Shown here piece after piece: positions 9,486 to 19,448 of a DNA stretch of 64,000 nucleotides. This DNA comes from Candidatus Shapirobacteria bacterium. Lineage in GTDB: Bacteria > Patescibacteriota > Microgenomatia > UBA12405. The notes beneath the pieces were generated by a model. That model worked only from the letters and a program-made list of their open reading frames with translations. It did not search any database and had not been told where the DNA came from. The number at the start of each line of letters is the position of its first letter. Within the stretch, counting starts at the first letter, position 1. The translations under genes and the position numbers were made by a program. The DNA lies in the NCBI GenBank assembly GCA_041665485.1, contig JBAYIT010000001.1, forward strand, positions 204,270 through 268,269, given 5' to 3'.

Positions 9486-10868
9486 GTGAAAAGTAGAGAA
9501 GAAACATTGTTTGTCTGTAAGAGCTGCGGCAATGAATTTGGGAAGTGGAGTGGGCAGTGTGGAGCGTGCGGGGAGTGGAATTCTTTAAAGGAAGCACCAA
9601 TAACCAAAAAACAATTTCCAAACAAATCCCAATTTCCAAATTCCAAATTAACAAACAGGAAAACGGAATCTATTAATTTGGGGGAAGTGGCCGAGTCAAA
9701 CTCGGTGAAAGATGATAAGGAAATGGTGTTTAAAACTGAAATTGAAGAAGTAGACAGAGTACTGGGGAAGGGAATAGTGGCCGGAGGGGTGATATTGCTG
9801 GCCGGTGAGCCGGGAATTGGCAAGAGTACATTAGTTACTCAAATTGTGGGGAAAATTGGTGGGGTGTATGTGTCAGCAGAGGAGTCGGCTCAACAAGTGG
9901 CGATGCGAGTAAAAAGGCTAGGACTGCCAATGGGGAATTTTGAGGTGTTGGAAACCAATAACGTGGAGGAAGTGGTGGGGTTTGCTGATCGAACAAATAA
10001 AGTGTTCAAATTAATGGTGGTGGACTCGGTGCAAATGTTATTTTCAGAGCAGGGAGTGGGGGCGCCGGGAAGTCCGGGACAAATTAAACAAGTGGCATTG
10101 GCATTAATTGAGATGGCCAAAAGAAAAAATGTGGCGGTGATAATTTTGGGGCATGTGACCAAAGAGGGGGAGATTGCCGGCCCCAAACTTTTGGAGCACA
10201 TGGTGGACACGGTGTTGTATTTTGAGGGAGACAAAAATTCGGACTTGCGGATTTTACGATGCCAAAAAAATCGATTTGGGGCGACGGATGAGGTGGGAAT
10301 TTTCAAGATGTTAGATGTTGGATTGGTAGATCTTAGAGGGGAAGATATAAATTTAACTGGCGATGGTGGAATAAAAATCGGGAGTGCTTTGACAGTGGTG
10401 ATGGAGGGAACCAGGCCGATGATGGTGGAAATCCAAGCATTGGTAACTGAGAGTTTTGCCCCTCAACCGAAGCGGGTGTTTTCGGGGATTGATTATAATC
10501 GAGGGCAACTTTTAGTGGCGGTGGCTCAAAAAACTTTGGGGATGCCACTGTATAAATATGATGTGTTTGTGGCAGTGACGGGAGGAATTAGGACTGAGGA
10601 TACTGGAGCGGATTTGGCAATAATTGGAGCGATGTGGAGCTCTTATAAAAATGAGCCAATTAAAAAATCAAAAATCAAAGATCAAAAATTAATTCAAAAT
10701 TTAAAAATTTCTGGTTTGGTGTTGGTTGGTGAGGTGAGTTTGCTGGGAGAGGTGAAGAAGGTGAGGGGATGGGAAAGACGGGAGAGGGAGGCAAGAGCGC
10801 TGAAAAAGGAATTGCTATATGTAAATAGTATAAGAGAACTTAAGGGTTTGGTAATTGGTAATCAGTAA
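9486..10868 (+). CDS. radA: DNA repair protein RadA/Sms
   Basis: N-terminal CxxC/CxxC zinc finger, GEPGIGKSTL, KNRFG motif and Lon-like C-terminus. Confidence 0.97.
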   Translation: MKSREETLFVCKSCGNEFGKWSGQCGACGEWNSLKEAPITKKQFPNKSQFPNSKLTNRKTESINLGEVAESNSVKDDKEMVFKTEIEEVDRVLGKGIVAGGVILLAGEPGIGKSTLVTQIVGKIGGVYVSAEESAQQVAMRVKRLGLPMGNFEVLETNNVEEVVGFADRTNKVFKLMVVDSVQMLFSEQGVGAPGSPGQIKQVALALIEMAKRKNVAVIILGHVTKEGEIAGPKLLEHMVDTVLYFEGDKNSDLRILRCQKNRFGATDEVGIFKMLDVGLVDLRGEDINLTGDGGIKIGSALTVVMEGTRPMMVEIQALVTESFAPQPKRVFSGIDYNRGQLLVAVAQKTLGMPLYKYDVFVAVTGGIRTEDTGADLAIIGAMWSSYKNEPIKKSKIKDQKLIQNLKISGLVLVGEVSLLGEVKKVRGWERREREARALKKELLYVNSIRELKGLVIGNQ

Positions 10869-11040
10869 TCGGTAATTAGTAAATCAGTAAATTGTTTTCC
10901 ACATGATGTTGAAAGGGGAGAGTTGGAGGCGTTTTTTAACCTAATTTGCTATGTAAGAAAGATATAGGGATATGTGATTTTGAGAGAGATAATTTATATA
11001 GGGTATGGACAGAAATAAAGAGTGGGGTTATATTGAAACT

Positions 11041-11151
11041 ATGAACTGGTGGAAGAAGATAAAGCAGGCACTGTTAGGAAAGAAGCGGGACAAATGGGTG
11101 GAGGATCAAATTAGAGGAATGGCGAAGTTGAAGGGGAGGTTAGTTCTTTGA
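11041..11151 (+). CDS. 36-aa basic amphipathic peptide
   Basis: MNWWKKIKQALLGKKRDKWVEDQIRGMAKLKGRLVL*, preceded by TGGACA-N18-TATATT-N6-ATG and followed by a hairpin. Confidence 0.5.
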   Translation: MNWWKKIKQALLGKKRDKWVEDQIRGMAKLKGRLVL

Positions 11152-11154
11152 AAA

Positions 11155-11312
11155 ATGAGATAACCCCGATATTGTGCTTCGCATCATCGGGGTTGTGTCT
11201 TTAGGAAAATTTTGTCCTTTTAGTCCAAAATTTAACCTAAAGAAACGAAAAAGAAACAACCTTATCGATATTCTCAAAGCAGGTGGAACACGAATATGGT
11301 TGTTTCTTCACT
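11155..11312 (-). ncRNA. Candidate structured small RNA
   Basis: Minus-strand promoter TTGACA(11345-11340)-N17-TATTTT(11322-11317), then three consecutive hairpins, including 11251-11261 pairing with 11298-11308; no ORF. Confidence 0.35.
11162..11194. terminator. Stem-loop, probably a bidirectional terminator
   Basis: AACCCCGAT ... ATCGGGGTT perfect 9-bp stem. Confidence 0.6.
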
Positions 11313-11465
11313 TTCTAAAATACGGGGTTGACAGGAAAATGTCAAATCCGGGGTTCGACTATGTAGATGAGAGTGGCAGAGGGGGCAGGTCTGCCACTTT
11401 CAACTATGGAGTGGAAGGAAAGATAACTAGTTGTGGCAAATTTTTTTTGTGATTATAATGAATGT

Positions 11466-13013
11466 ATGAGAAAGACTTTTGTGGTGGTGATGGTTTTGGG
11501 AATGTTGTTTTTTGGAGTGGGAGTAAGAGGGGTAATGGCGGTGATGCCGGGTGACGCTAGTGGTAATAATGATGTGGGACTTGAGGATTTAGCGATTTGG
11601 AGAGAGGAATATGGTAAGACCGGACTTAGATCTGATTTTGATGGCAGTGGTGCGGTGGGTTTTGAGGATTTAAGAATATGGAAAATGGCTTATATAGAAA
11701 AATTGAATTCGGTGGATTGTGACAGATGTAGTGTTTTTTATGATAATCAACGGACCAGGTGGAGAGCGTCTGATTGTAATAAATCTCCTGCTTCGTGGGT
11801 GGTAGTAGAAAGGATTTATGATTCAACCTGTAGGGCACCGGCTTCGACTAAGAAAATGAATACCTGCCAGAGGTGTAGCACGGTAAATCAAGGACAGTAT
11901 GTGTGGTGGGAGATTGTGGAGGGAGAAAGTTGTAGCCGTGATCCGGGAACGGGAACCAGTGTTTATCGGGCAGAGGGGGTGACGATGTGCCAGATATCGG
12001 GACCATCCACGATTGATTGTGATCGATGTAGTCTTCTTTATGATAATCAGCGGACTAGTTGGAGAGCGACAAATTGTGATGTCTCTCCGGGGGATGGAGT
12101 AGTGGTAGAAAGAACTTATGACACGACTTGTGTGGCACCGGCTTCGACAAGAAAAGCCAATACTTGCCAAAGGTGCAGTAAAGCCGGAAATGGGCAATAC
12201 ACCTGGTGGGAGCCAGTAAGTGGAGTGGGCTGTGAAGTTGATCCGACAGGAGAGGTGATGAAGACGACAGTTGGATCGGTGACGATGTGTAATATAAATA
12301 CGTCAGAAACTTGTCCAGGTAGCTGTAAGTCTCAAACACCTCAAAAGCCGGATTGTGGATCTTACGGAATGGATAATGGGGTGGGATCATGTTCTGATCC
12401 GATGTCTAGATGTTGTGTAAATAAATGCACCCGATGTAGTCTTCTTTATGACAATCAAATGACCAGCTGGGTGGCAGACAACTGCGATCTTTCTCCGGCT
12501 TCGGGAGTGGCAGTGGAAAGAACCTATGACACGACTTGTGTGGCACCGGCTTCAACAAGAAAAGCCAATACTTGCCAAAGGTGCAGTAAAGCCGGAAATG
12601 GGCAATACACCTGGTGGGAACCAGTAAGTGGGGTGGGCTGTGAAGTTGATCCGACAGGAGAGGTGATGAAGACGACAGTTGGATCGATTGCCATGTGTAC
12701 TGAAACGGGTAGATGTGAAAGGTGCAGTACGGTTTATCCGAATCAGAAAGTGGCCTATTTGGGAGATTGTAGTAAGCCACCAATGCCGGGAATTGAGGTA
12801 GAAAGAATTTATGACATTGTTAATTGTGGATTGGGGAAATTTACGCCGACACCGGGGGTAACTGTGTGTCAGAGGTGTAGCGAGACGGTTTCGGGGCAAT
12901 ATGTGTGGTGGAAAAAGGAGGATGGCAAGACCTGTAATGATGACCCGGGGGCGGGAGTGGAGATACAAAGAACCGACCCGCGAAAGAATCGATTGGAGAA
13001 TTGTCACGGATGA
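11466..13013 (+). CDS. Secreted protein: dockerin-like EF-hand pair plus Cys-rich tandem repeats
   Basis: Signal peptide; PGDASGNNDVGLEDLAIW...SDFDGSGAVGFEDLRIW; repeated CxRCS...W...C...P modules. Confidence 0.8.
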   Translation: MRKTFVVVMVLGMLFFGVGVRGVMAVMPGDASGNNDVGLEDLAIWREEYGKTGLRSDFDGSGAVGFEDLRIWKMAYIEKLNSVDCDRCSVFYDNQRTRWRASDCNKSPASWVVVERIYDSTCRAPASTKKMNTCQRCSTVNQGQYVWWEIVEGESCSRDPGTGTSVYRAEGVTMCQISGPSTIDCDRCSLLYDNQRTSWRATNCDVSPGDGVVVERTYDTTCVAPASTRKANTCQRCSKAGNGQYTWWEPVSGVGCEVDPTGEVMKTTVGSVTMCNINTSETCPGSCKSQTPQKPDCGSYGMDNGVGSCSDPMSRCCVNKCTRCSLLYDNQMTSWVADNCDLSPASGVAVERTYDTTCVAPASTRKANTCQRCSKAGNGQYTWWEPVSGVGCEVDPTGEVMKTTVGSIAMCTETGRCERCSTVYPNQKVAYLGDCSKPPMPGIEVERIYDIVNCGLGKFTPTPGVTVCQRCSETVSGQYVWWKKEDGKTCNDDPGAGVEIQRTDPRKNRLENCHG

Positions 13014-14935
13014 AGCGGGTAGGATTTCTTATCGGACTGATTGGTTTGGTGTTGATGGTGGGCCCACCTACGCTAAAGCTTCGGTGGGTAAAAGCGGTGG
13101 GAGCGGTGGAGAAAGTGAATTTTTCGATTGAGGAAGGTGTAAAAGAAAAAGTAACAACAATAAAGTGTGCTAAGGATGATGTACCTGATGCTCCAGCGAG
13201 AGCTTTTGTGGATAGTAATGGGTCGGTTCAATTGATTGCGGCAAGTGGGGTTTTGTATCGATATGTTGGCGATAATTTGGATGATGCTCCGGTAAATAGA
13301 GATGAATGTAGAAGGTCGTTCTTGAGTCATGTTAGCGCCGACCCGAGAAATTATAATGATTTTGAATGGGTGGCTTCGCCATACACTGTTGATGGTAAGA
13401 CTGTTTATTCTTTGGTTCACACTGAATATCACGGTTGGTACCGTAATGATTGTAAGTACACCCAACCAGGAGATTTTTGGAAATGTTGGTGGAATTCAGT
13501 TAACTTGGCAAAGTCGGATGATGGTGGCCGGGCTTTTTACCATCTTGACCCACCTTTGCAAAATATTTTGAATTCCCCAATTGATTATGATCGAAATTTG
13601 GAAAACAATTTTCGGGGCTATTTTGAGCCGAGCAATATAGTTAAGAGGGGTGAATATTACTATGCTTTGGTGATGTCGATTAATAATGTTCCCAACGACC
13701 CAAGTAAAACAGGAATGTGTGTGATGCGAACTAATGATTTAGCTGACCCAAAAAGCTGGCGATTGTGGGATGGAAATGGATTTAATTTGCCCGGCGATAG
13801 GGCGGTTTGCCAGCCGGTGGCTTTACATATTGGCGGGAAAGCTAACCCGCACTATTCTTTGACTTACAATAATTACTTGGGAAAATATTTGGTTATTGGT
13901 TGCCAGCCGGATAATGCTCCAAACAATCCGGGGTGTGGATACAGACTTTCGGATGACTTAATTAATTGGTCTGATGAGGAGAGGATCTTTGCAGTTCCAA
14001 ATACGGCCGATTGGAAATATTACTGTTCTTATGGATCTTTGATTCAGCCGGGGGATGCAACCAGAAATTTTGAGGAAAGTGACCGGTCGCCTTGGTTTTA
14101 TTTTGGTTCACCAAGAGATGGTAACAGTTGTAATTATGACTTTGGTTTAAGTAATTTAGATCATGGTTTTAACATGGGAGAGCAGAATTTATGGCGGGTG
14201 AGGGTAAGATTTAATAAACCGGAGGACGTGGGAAAGTATGAGATTTTGGACCTAAGATTTAATGAAAAGAGAATTGACAAGACGCTGGATTCTTCTTTTT
14301 ATGGCAATAACGGAAAAACAATCGGGATTAATTTTGGCCAGGAGGGAGAGAGAAATTTTTTGAGATTTACCGGTGGTAATGGTGAGCGGGTGGAAGTGGC
14401 CGGTTCCGAATCGTTAAGGTGGAGTGGAGATTTGACGGTTGAGGCGGAGCTTAAAGTGAGAGGTGGTAGTAGTGAGAAAAAAGCAATAGTGAGAAGTGAA
14501 GAGAAAGATGGTTTAGGGTTATACTTGACGGGAGAAGGTAAGCTTAGATGGGAAGTTGGGGGAAAAGGTCAGGACAGCACGTTGACGATTACTGATAATC
14601 AGTGGCATAAAATAGCTGTGTCTTATCTGAGAAGCGGGAAAGTTGATTATTACGTTGATAATGTTTTGGCGGGGAGCTTTGATTATGGATCAGGAAAGGG
14701 AGAGATGTTGGGTAGGAACAAAATGATAATTGGAGACATGGGGTTGGTGGGGGAGATTGACGGAATTAAAATATTAAATTATGGCGTGGTAGTGAATGAA
14801 AAAATGGAACTGGAAGATTTGTTGATTTGGAAGAAAGAGTATAAGACGGGAAAATCTGAAAAGGCAGATTTTGATAAAAATGGTAAAGTTGATTTAGGAG
14901 ATTTGTTAGTATGGAAAAAAGGATACATAGAATGA
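13010..14935 (+). CDS. Secreted beta-propeller/sialidase-like protein + LamG domain + dockerin-like tail
   Basis: Asp-box-like KSDDGGRAF and LSDDLINWS; LamG-like ITDNQWHKIAVSY...GEIDGIKI; ADFDKNGKVDLGDLLVW. Confidence 0.72.
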   Translation: MKRVGFLIGLIGLVLMVGPPTLKLRWVKAVGAVEKVNFSIEEGVKEKVTTIKCAKDDVPDAPARAFVDSNGSVQLIAASGVLYRYVGDNLDDAPVNRDECRRSFLSHVSADPRNYNDFEWVASPYTVDGKTVYSLVHTEYHGWYRNDCKYTQPGDFWKCWWNSVNLAKSDDGGRAFYHLDPPLQNILNSPIDYDRNLENNFRGYFEPSNIVKRGEYYYALVMSINNVPNDPSKTGMCVMRTNDLADPKSWRLWDGNGFNLPGDRAVCQPVALHIGGKANPHYSLTYNNYLGKYLVIGCQPDNAPNNPGCGYRLSDDLINWSDEERIFAVPNTADWKYYCSYGSLIQPGDATRNFEESDRSPWFYFGSPRDGNSCNYDFGLSNLDHGFNMGEQNLWRVRVRFNKPEDVGKYEILDLRFNEKRIDKTLDSSFYGNNGKTIGINFGQEGERNFLRFTGGNGERVEVAGSESLRWSGDLTVEAELKVRGGSSEKKAIVRSEEKDGLGLYLTGEGKLRWEVGGKGQDSTLTITDNQWHKIAVSYLRSGKVDYYVDNVLAGSFDYGSGKGEMLGRNKMIIGDMGLVGEIDGIKILNYGVVVNEKMELEDLLIWKKEYKTGKSEKADFDKNGKVDLGDLLVWKKGYIE

Positions 14936-16866
14936 GAAAGCTGTTGATGGTGATACTAATACTGATGTTTTGGATATCCAGAATGGAAGTGGAAGCGGTG
15001 GGGGAGAAGAAATTCTATTCTTATGATATTTCCAAAATTAACATGGATACGGATGAGGGTTATGACCAGGTGTCGTTTATAGTGGCTTTGCAGGGATTGG
15101 TTAATAGAAGTGGGCCAAGACTCTATTTATACAAGGCTAATTATTGGCCATTGGGGCCAAGTGTTAGAGCAGATGTGGAGCAATATTGGATGGAAAAATT
15201 TAAAAGACCAGGCGAATGGTTGGCCGATTATGAGGAAATCAAACTGGGGAATTTGGATGAATTAATTAATGTGTTTAAAGGTGATATTAAAGGGGTGGTG
15301 GCTTGGGATTCGAGGGTTGACTCAACAGTTAATGTGGCGACAACAGTGGCGGGAGTGGAGGGAGGAGTGGTGGTGATGCATGGAGGCGGGTTGTATCGAA
15401 AATTAGTTGAGAATTATAAGTTGCCGGTGTTGGTGGATTTGTTTGATAAGAATTTTGGTGATACATCGAGGGTCCCGGAGACAAGTTTGGCCAGCTTTCA
15501 TAGTTCGAAGGCGAATGCTTATTTGTGGCTGATAGAAAAATATCTTAAAACAGGAAAAGTTAATAGGACTGTTTTTGGATATTTGGAGGATGCTTATAGC
15601 CGGCATGATCCAGCTGGGGACTCGGCAGAACAAGTAACAGCCAAGGACTGGATAGTGATGAAAGGGGCGCTGGTTTTTGATTTGTCTCCGATGAATGCTG
15701 TTCCGAACGATGACTCAAACCAGAGAACAGGAGTAGACAGGGAAGTCTTTGAAGAGATAATGAAACAGGCGAGAAATCTGGTTCCAGACGGAAAAATGTT
15801 TGAGGTGTTGGGATTTTATGCTTGGTATGATAAATATAACAAGCTCAAGTCGAGCGCCAATTTTACGACTGCCGAAGTGGAAGAAGCATCAGTTAAATTA
15901 TTTAGCAAATATAATGCTGGGTTGATACCGGTTGACCATGTGCCGGCAACCAACTTGAGTTTTCATTTCCATGCCCCGAGAAATCAAACTTGGAAACAAA
16001 ATAATCCGGTAAAATCGACAATAAAACTAGAAAATAAAACCTATTTGCTTTACTACATGGGAGATTACGACCCAATTTCTTGGCTGAGTTTTGTGTTGCC
16101 GACTTATTGGGAAGACAGCAAAAGAGGATCTTTACCATTGGCTTGGAGTGTTGGGACTTATGATGGTTATTATCCAGACATGATTAATTACCTCTATAAG
16201 ACTAAAACAAAAAACGATTATTTTGTGGCGCCATTTTCGGGCTGTTTGTATGTTTGGCCGGAATTGTTGATGAACAGTTCAAAATATGCCGAGAGGTGTA
16301 AGGAGGAATACCAAAAAAGAGATTATAAATTTACAGGGATAACTAAGGGAGAGGTAGGGGAGTATTTTTCAACTTTTTCGGGTGGAGGGGTGGGAATGGA
16401 GATGCCGGTGATCGTGGGCGAGAAAACAATACCAAGCTTTTTGATTGACGGAACGCCGTTTGTGAGAGGAGTGAGTTTGGTTTATGATCGTAACCCGGTG
16501 GGGGAATTGGTGTATAAAATTAAAGGTGAGTGGCGGGAGAATGGATTGGCGCCGGAGGCAGGGAAAAGGCCGAATTTTATTGTGTTGAGACTATCGCCTT
16601 GGACGCCGTCGCAGGTGGCTGATTTTGACAAGAGACTAAGAGAATCTGAACCAGAACTAAATTTTGAAGCAGTTGACGCTTATACTTTTTTTGGGTTGGC
16701 GAAAGCTTCGCTTTCAGGGGTAACGACAGGAGCGGAAGTGGTGGTGGGTGATAATAAAGTAGCCGATTTAGAAGATTTGTTGATTTGGAAAAGGGAATAT
16801 TTGGCGGGGAAAGCAACATTAGAGGACTTGTTGACTTGGAAAAGGGAATATACACAATCAAGGTAA
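14932..16866 (+). CDS. GxGYxYP-family putative glycoside hydrolase with degenerate dockerin-like tail
   Basis: ALQGLVNRSGPRLY, NVATTVAGV, LENKTYLLYYMGDYD, RGSLPLAW, DYFVAPFSGCLYVWP; C-terminal LEDLLIWKREY-like motif twice. Confidence 0.75.
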   Translation: MRKLLMVILILMFWISRMEVEAVGEKKFYSYDISKINMDTDEGYDQVSFIVALQGLVNRSGPRLYLYKANYWPLGPSVRADVEQYWMEKFKRPGEWLADYEEIKLGNLDELINVFKGDIKGVVAWDSRVDSTVNVATTVAGVEGGVVVMHGGGLYRKLVENYKLPVLVDLFDKNFGDTSRVPETSLASFHSSKANAYLWLIEKYLKTGKVNRTVFGYLEDAYSRHDPAGDSAEQVTAKDWIVMKGALVFDLSPMNAVPNDDSNQRTGVDREVFEEIMKQARNLVPDGKMFEVLGFYAWYDKYNKLKSSANFTTAEVEEASVKLFSKYNAGLIPVDHVPATNLSFHFHAPRNQTWKQNNPVKSTIKLENKTYLLYYMGDYDPISWLSFVLPTYWEDSKRGSLPLAWSVGTYDGYYPDMINYLYKTKTKNDYFVAPFSGCLYVWPELLMNSSKYAERCKEEYQKRDYKFTGITKGEVGEYFSTFSGGGVGMEMPVIVGEKTIPSFLIDGTPFVRGVSLVYDRNPVGELVYKIKGEWRENGLAPEAGKRPNFIVLRLSPWTPSQVADFDKRLRESEPELNFEAVDAYTFFGLAKASLSGVTTGAEVVVGDNKVADLEDLLIWKREYLAGKATLEDLLTWKREYTQSR

Positions 16867-16932
16867 CTGTACACATATAGTATGTACTTGGGTACTTGAA
16901 ATATAGGATAGTGTTGTGTATTATATGTGTAT

Positions 16933-17772
16933 ATGAAAAGAAGAGAGTTTTTAGTGCGTGGGGGTACTGTTGCTGCTGCTGCTGCTGCATTATTTGCTAT
17001 TGGAGCGACTCCAGGAGGAGCTCAAGCTGCACCCGTAGGGCCACAAGGGGGGGATGGTAGTGATAGACGACCGGATGCGTTTGGGGGAGTGCCTGCCACT
17101 GTGGCTCCAAGGGTTCGGGCTATTGGACCAGAAAGGACACAAGGAGGAGATGGTGGTGTGGAGAGTGCGATGACTGGATTGGGAGAAATGGTTGATGCCA
17201 GCAATGTTGAAGGTTTGGAAGATATGGTTTGGGGGAACCGAATTGTATATCAAGAGATGGAGCTTGAATTTGCGACTTTACCTTGGGGTGGATCTGAAGG
17301 TGTTGGTTATGCTAGAAATATCGCTCCGGGGTCGAATCCAAATCTTTTATATAGACTTACAACTGATAATCATGCTTTTGTGAGCGAAGGGATGCCAATA
17401 CCTGCGATTTATAATGGTGTTTTGTGTGTGGTAACCCTGACTCGATTTGTAGATAGTAGAGAAGGTAGAATTACCTTTTCTGAATATACAGGCCACCATG
17501 GTTTTGCCTATCGACCAATGGTTGGAGTATATAACGTTGATACTTTAGATGAATTTGGAGTTTCTGGTAATGGGGAAACACTTGACACACGTTTTAGTTA
17601 TTTGAATGGTGCCTTTGGAACACCTATGTTTGATGTTAATCGCCCTTGTGCACCACCTGAAGTTGTCCCTATGGTGATCGAGTTCCATGATGGTGTTTTT
17701 GACCCAATGAAGTCGTTATATGATCGTTCTAAATGCAATTCACTTTTTGTGCCACTTGGAGTGAGACAATAA
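16933..17772 (+). CDS. Exported hypothetical protein with twin-arginine-like signal
   Basis: MKRREFLVRGGTVAAAAAALFAIG...AQA. Confidence 0.7.
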   Translation: MKRREFLVRGGTVAAAAAALFAIGATPGGAQAAPVGPQGGDGSDRRPDAFGGVPATVAPRVRAIGPERTQGGDGGVESAMTGLGEMVDASNVEGLEDMVWGNRIVYQEMELEFATLPWGGSEGVGYARNIAPGSNPNLLYRLTTDNHAFVSEGMPIPAIYNGVLCVVTLTRFVDSREGRITFSEYTGHHGFAYRPMVGVYNVDTLDEFGVSGNGETLDTRFSYLNGAFGTPMFDVNRPCAPPEVVPMVIEFHDGVFDPMKSLYDRSKCNSLFVPLGVRQ

Positions 17773-17787
17773 ATAAGATTTGGGAGG

Positions 17788-19353
17788 TTACTGCAAATAG
17801 GACTGCTTCCATGCCATAAGGTCGGTGAGGTCGACGAGTTGGTCGTGATTGAAGTCGGCGGTGGGGGAATAGACTCCGGAAGAGTAGGCGTCTTTCCAAA
17901 AAGCCAGATCGAAAAGAGTGAGTTTAGTGAAATTGTAAATATCGGGTAGAGGTGGGGGCGGGGCAACAGGCTGAGAAGTCATTAAATTGTTAAGAAAGCC
18001 GGCACACCAGTTTTTAATTTGGGAATTACGACAATCGGGAGTGGTATCGTCGGGATTGAAGTAGTAATATTGGCCGTCTTTGTAAAATTCCTCTTGGAGA
18101 GTGAGATAGGCGGATTTATCGCCAACCAGAGCGGAATTGACAGCTTTTTCAATGGCGGTTTTAGCGACTTGGTCGCCACCCTTACTAGCCCAATAGTCTT
18201 TACTAAAAAACCAGGAACCGCCGGGCTCGTAGCCATGACGGGTGTTGGGATAATTGGCAAATTTTGGTTCATAAAAATAACTTTGTTGGGGGCCAAAGCC
18301 ATTAAATTTAAACCAAACCCGACTGCCATAAGTTTGATGAGCCCAGGTCATGATTTCCTGGCTAACCCGGCCGGAATCGGAGGGGCCATTGCCATATTGG
18401 TAGACAACCGGAGTGGGGCTAAAGATTTTGACATAGCGGGTAATCTGATCTTTCATGGCTTGGATAAAATAATCATCAGCAACATAGCAGAATTGTTTGT
18501 GCTGGGTGGGGCAATTTTGAAAACAGGGGACGACCTTTTCACCTTCACCGGTGGCGGGATTGTAGCCGGAGTTGCAGTAGCTTTGTTGAGCCAATTCGTT
18601 TTTGGGCTTTTTGGTGACAGAGGAGAGTGATTCAAAAATAGAACAATTGGGGTTAAGAACGTCTTTTAGGAAACAGGAAGTGTCGGTGACGGCACATTTG
18701 GGGCCGATGTTGCCTTCGCCGTAAGTGCCACCGGACATGATGTTGACAGCTTCAATAGTGCCACTGGCAAAGTCTGTAGCAAAGTGGTTTTTCATAGCCA
18801 TTAGAGCATTGGAAAGAAGAGAGCGGTAGGTTGGGTCCCAGATGGCAGGAATCGAGTGGATGGCTTTAACGTTATTTTGGGTAATTTCGACAATATCTTG
18901 GGGATTAATAATATCGGAGGACATATTGGCTGGTTTAGGAAAAGTAACGTTTTTGCCGGAGCAACGAACTTGGAGCATTTGAACACCCTGATTGATGGCC
19001 CAGGAGGGGACATTTTGGAAACCGGAGAGGTCATCGGAGGTTTGAATTTGAAGCCAAATGTTTTTGTTTCTGTCTCTGGCTTGGGAAACGATCTGGTCCA
19101 TTTGAGACCAATTGTATTGGCCTTGGTAGCGTTCAACGGCGGCCCAGCTGTCGCCTCCAGATAGGTCGCTGAGGGTAGATGATGAATAGCCGAATTTAAC
19201 TTCGGGGCGGGAAAGAAAGGGATCGGTAATAGAATGGGCCTGGCCAAGCCCCAGCCCTAAAACTGGAGCCGGATGAGGAAGAATTAGAAATAAGAAACAA
19301 GAAACAAGAAATAAGATGATAGTTAAATATAACAAGATATTTAAATTTGACAA
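17788..19353 (-). CDS. Secreted TIM-barrel glycoside hydrolase-like protein (GH42/GH-A-like) with dockerin-like tail
   Basis: SWAAVERYQGQYNWSQMDQ, VPSWA, PAIWDPTY; ADFNHDQLVDLTDLMAW. Confidence 0.7.
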   Translation of the reverse strand: MSNLNILLYLTIILFLVSCFLFLILPHPAPVLGLGLGQAHSITDPFLSRPEVKFGYSSSTLSDLSGGDSWAAVERYQGQYNWSQMDQIVSQARDRNKNIWLQIQTSDDLSGFQNVPSWAINQGVQMLQVRCSGKNVTFPKPANMSSDIINPQDIVEITQNNVKAIHSIPAIWDPTYRSLLSNALMAMKNHFATDFASGTIEAVNIMSGGTYGEGNIGPKCAVTDTSCFLKDVLNPNCSIFESLSSVTKKPKNELAQQSYCNSGYNPATGEGEKVVPCFQNCPTQHKQFCYVADDYFIQAMKDQITRYVKIFSPTPVVYQYGNGPSDSGRVSQEIMTWAHQTYGSRVWFKFNGFGPQQSYFYEPKFANYPNTRHGYEPGGSWFFSKDYWASKGGDQVAKTAIEKAVNSALVGDKSAYLTLQEEFYKDGQYYYFNPDDTTPDCRNSQIKNWCAGFLNNLMTSQPVAPPPPLPDIYNFTKLTLFDLAFWKDAYSSGVYSPTADFNHDQLVDLTDLMAWKQSYLQ

Positions 19354-19448
19354 AATTCTAGGTAATAAAATCTAGATAATTATCGGTGTCTATAATTTGA
19401 AAAGAGTAGTGGTTAGGGTAGGACTCCAGCCATTTCCTCAAATTTGGT

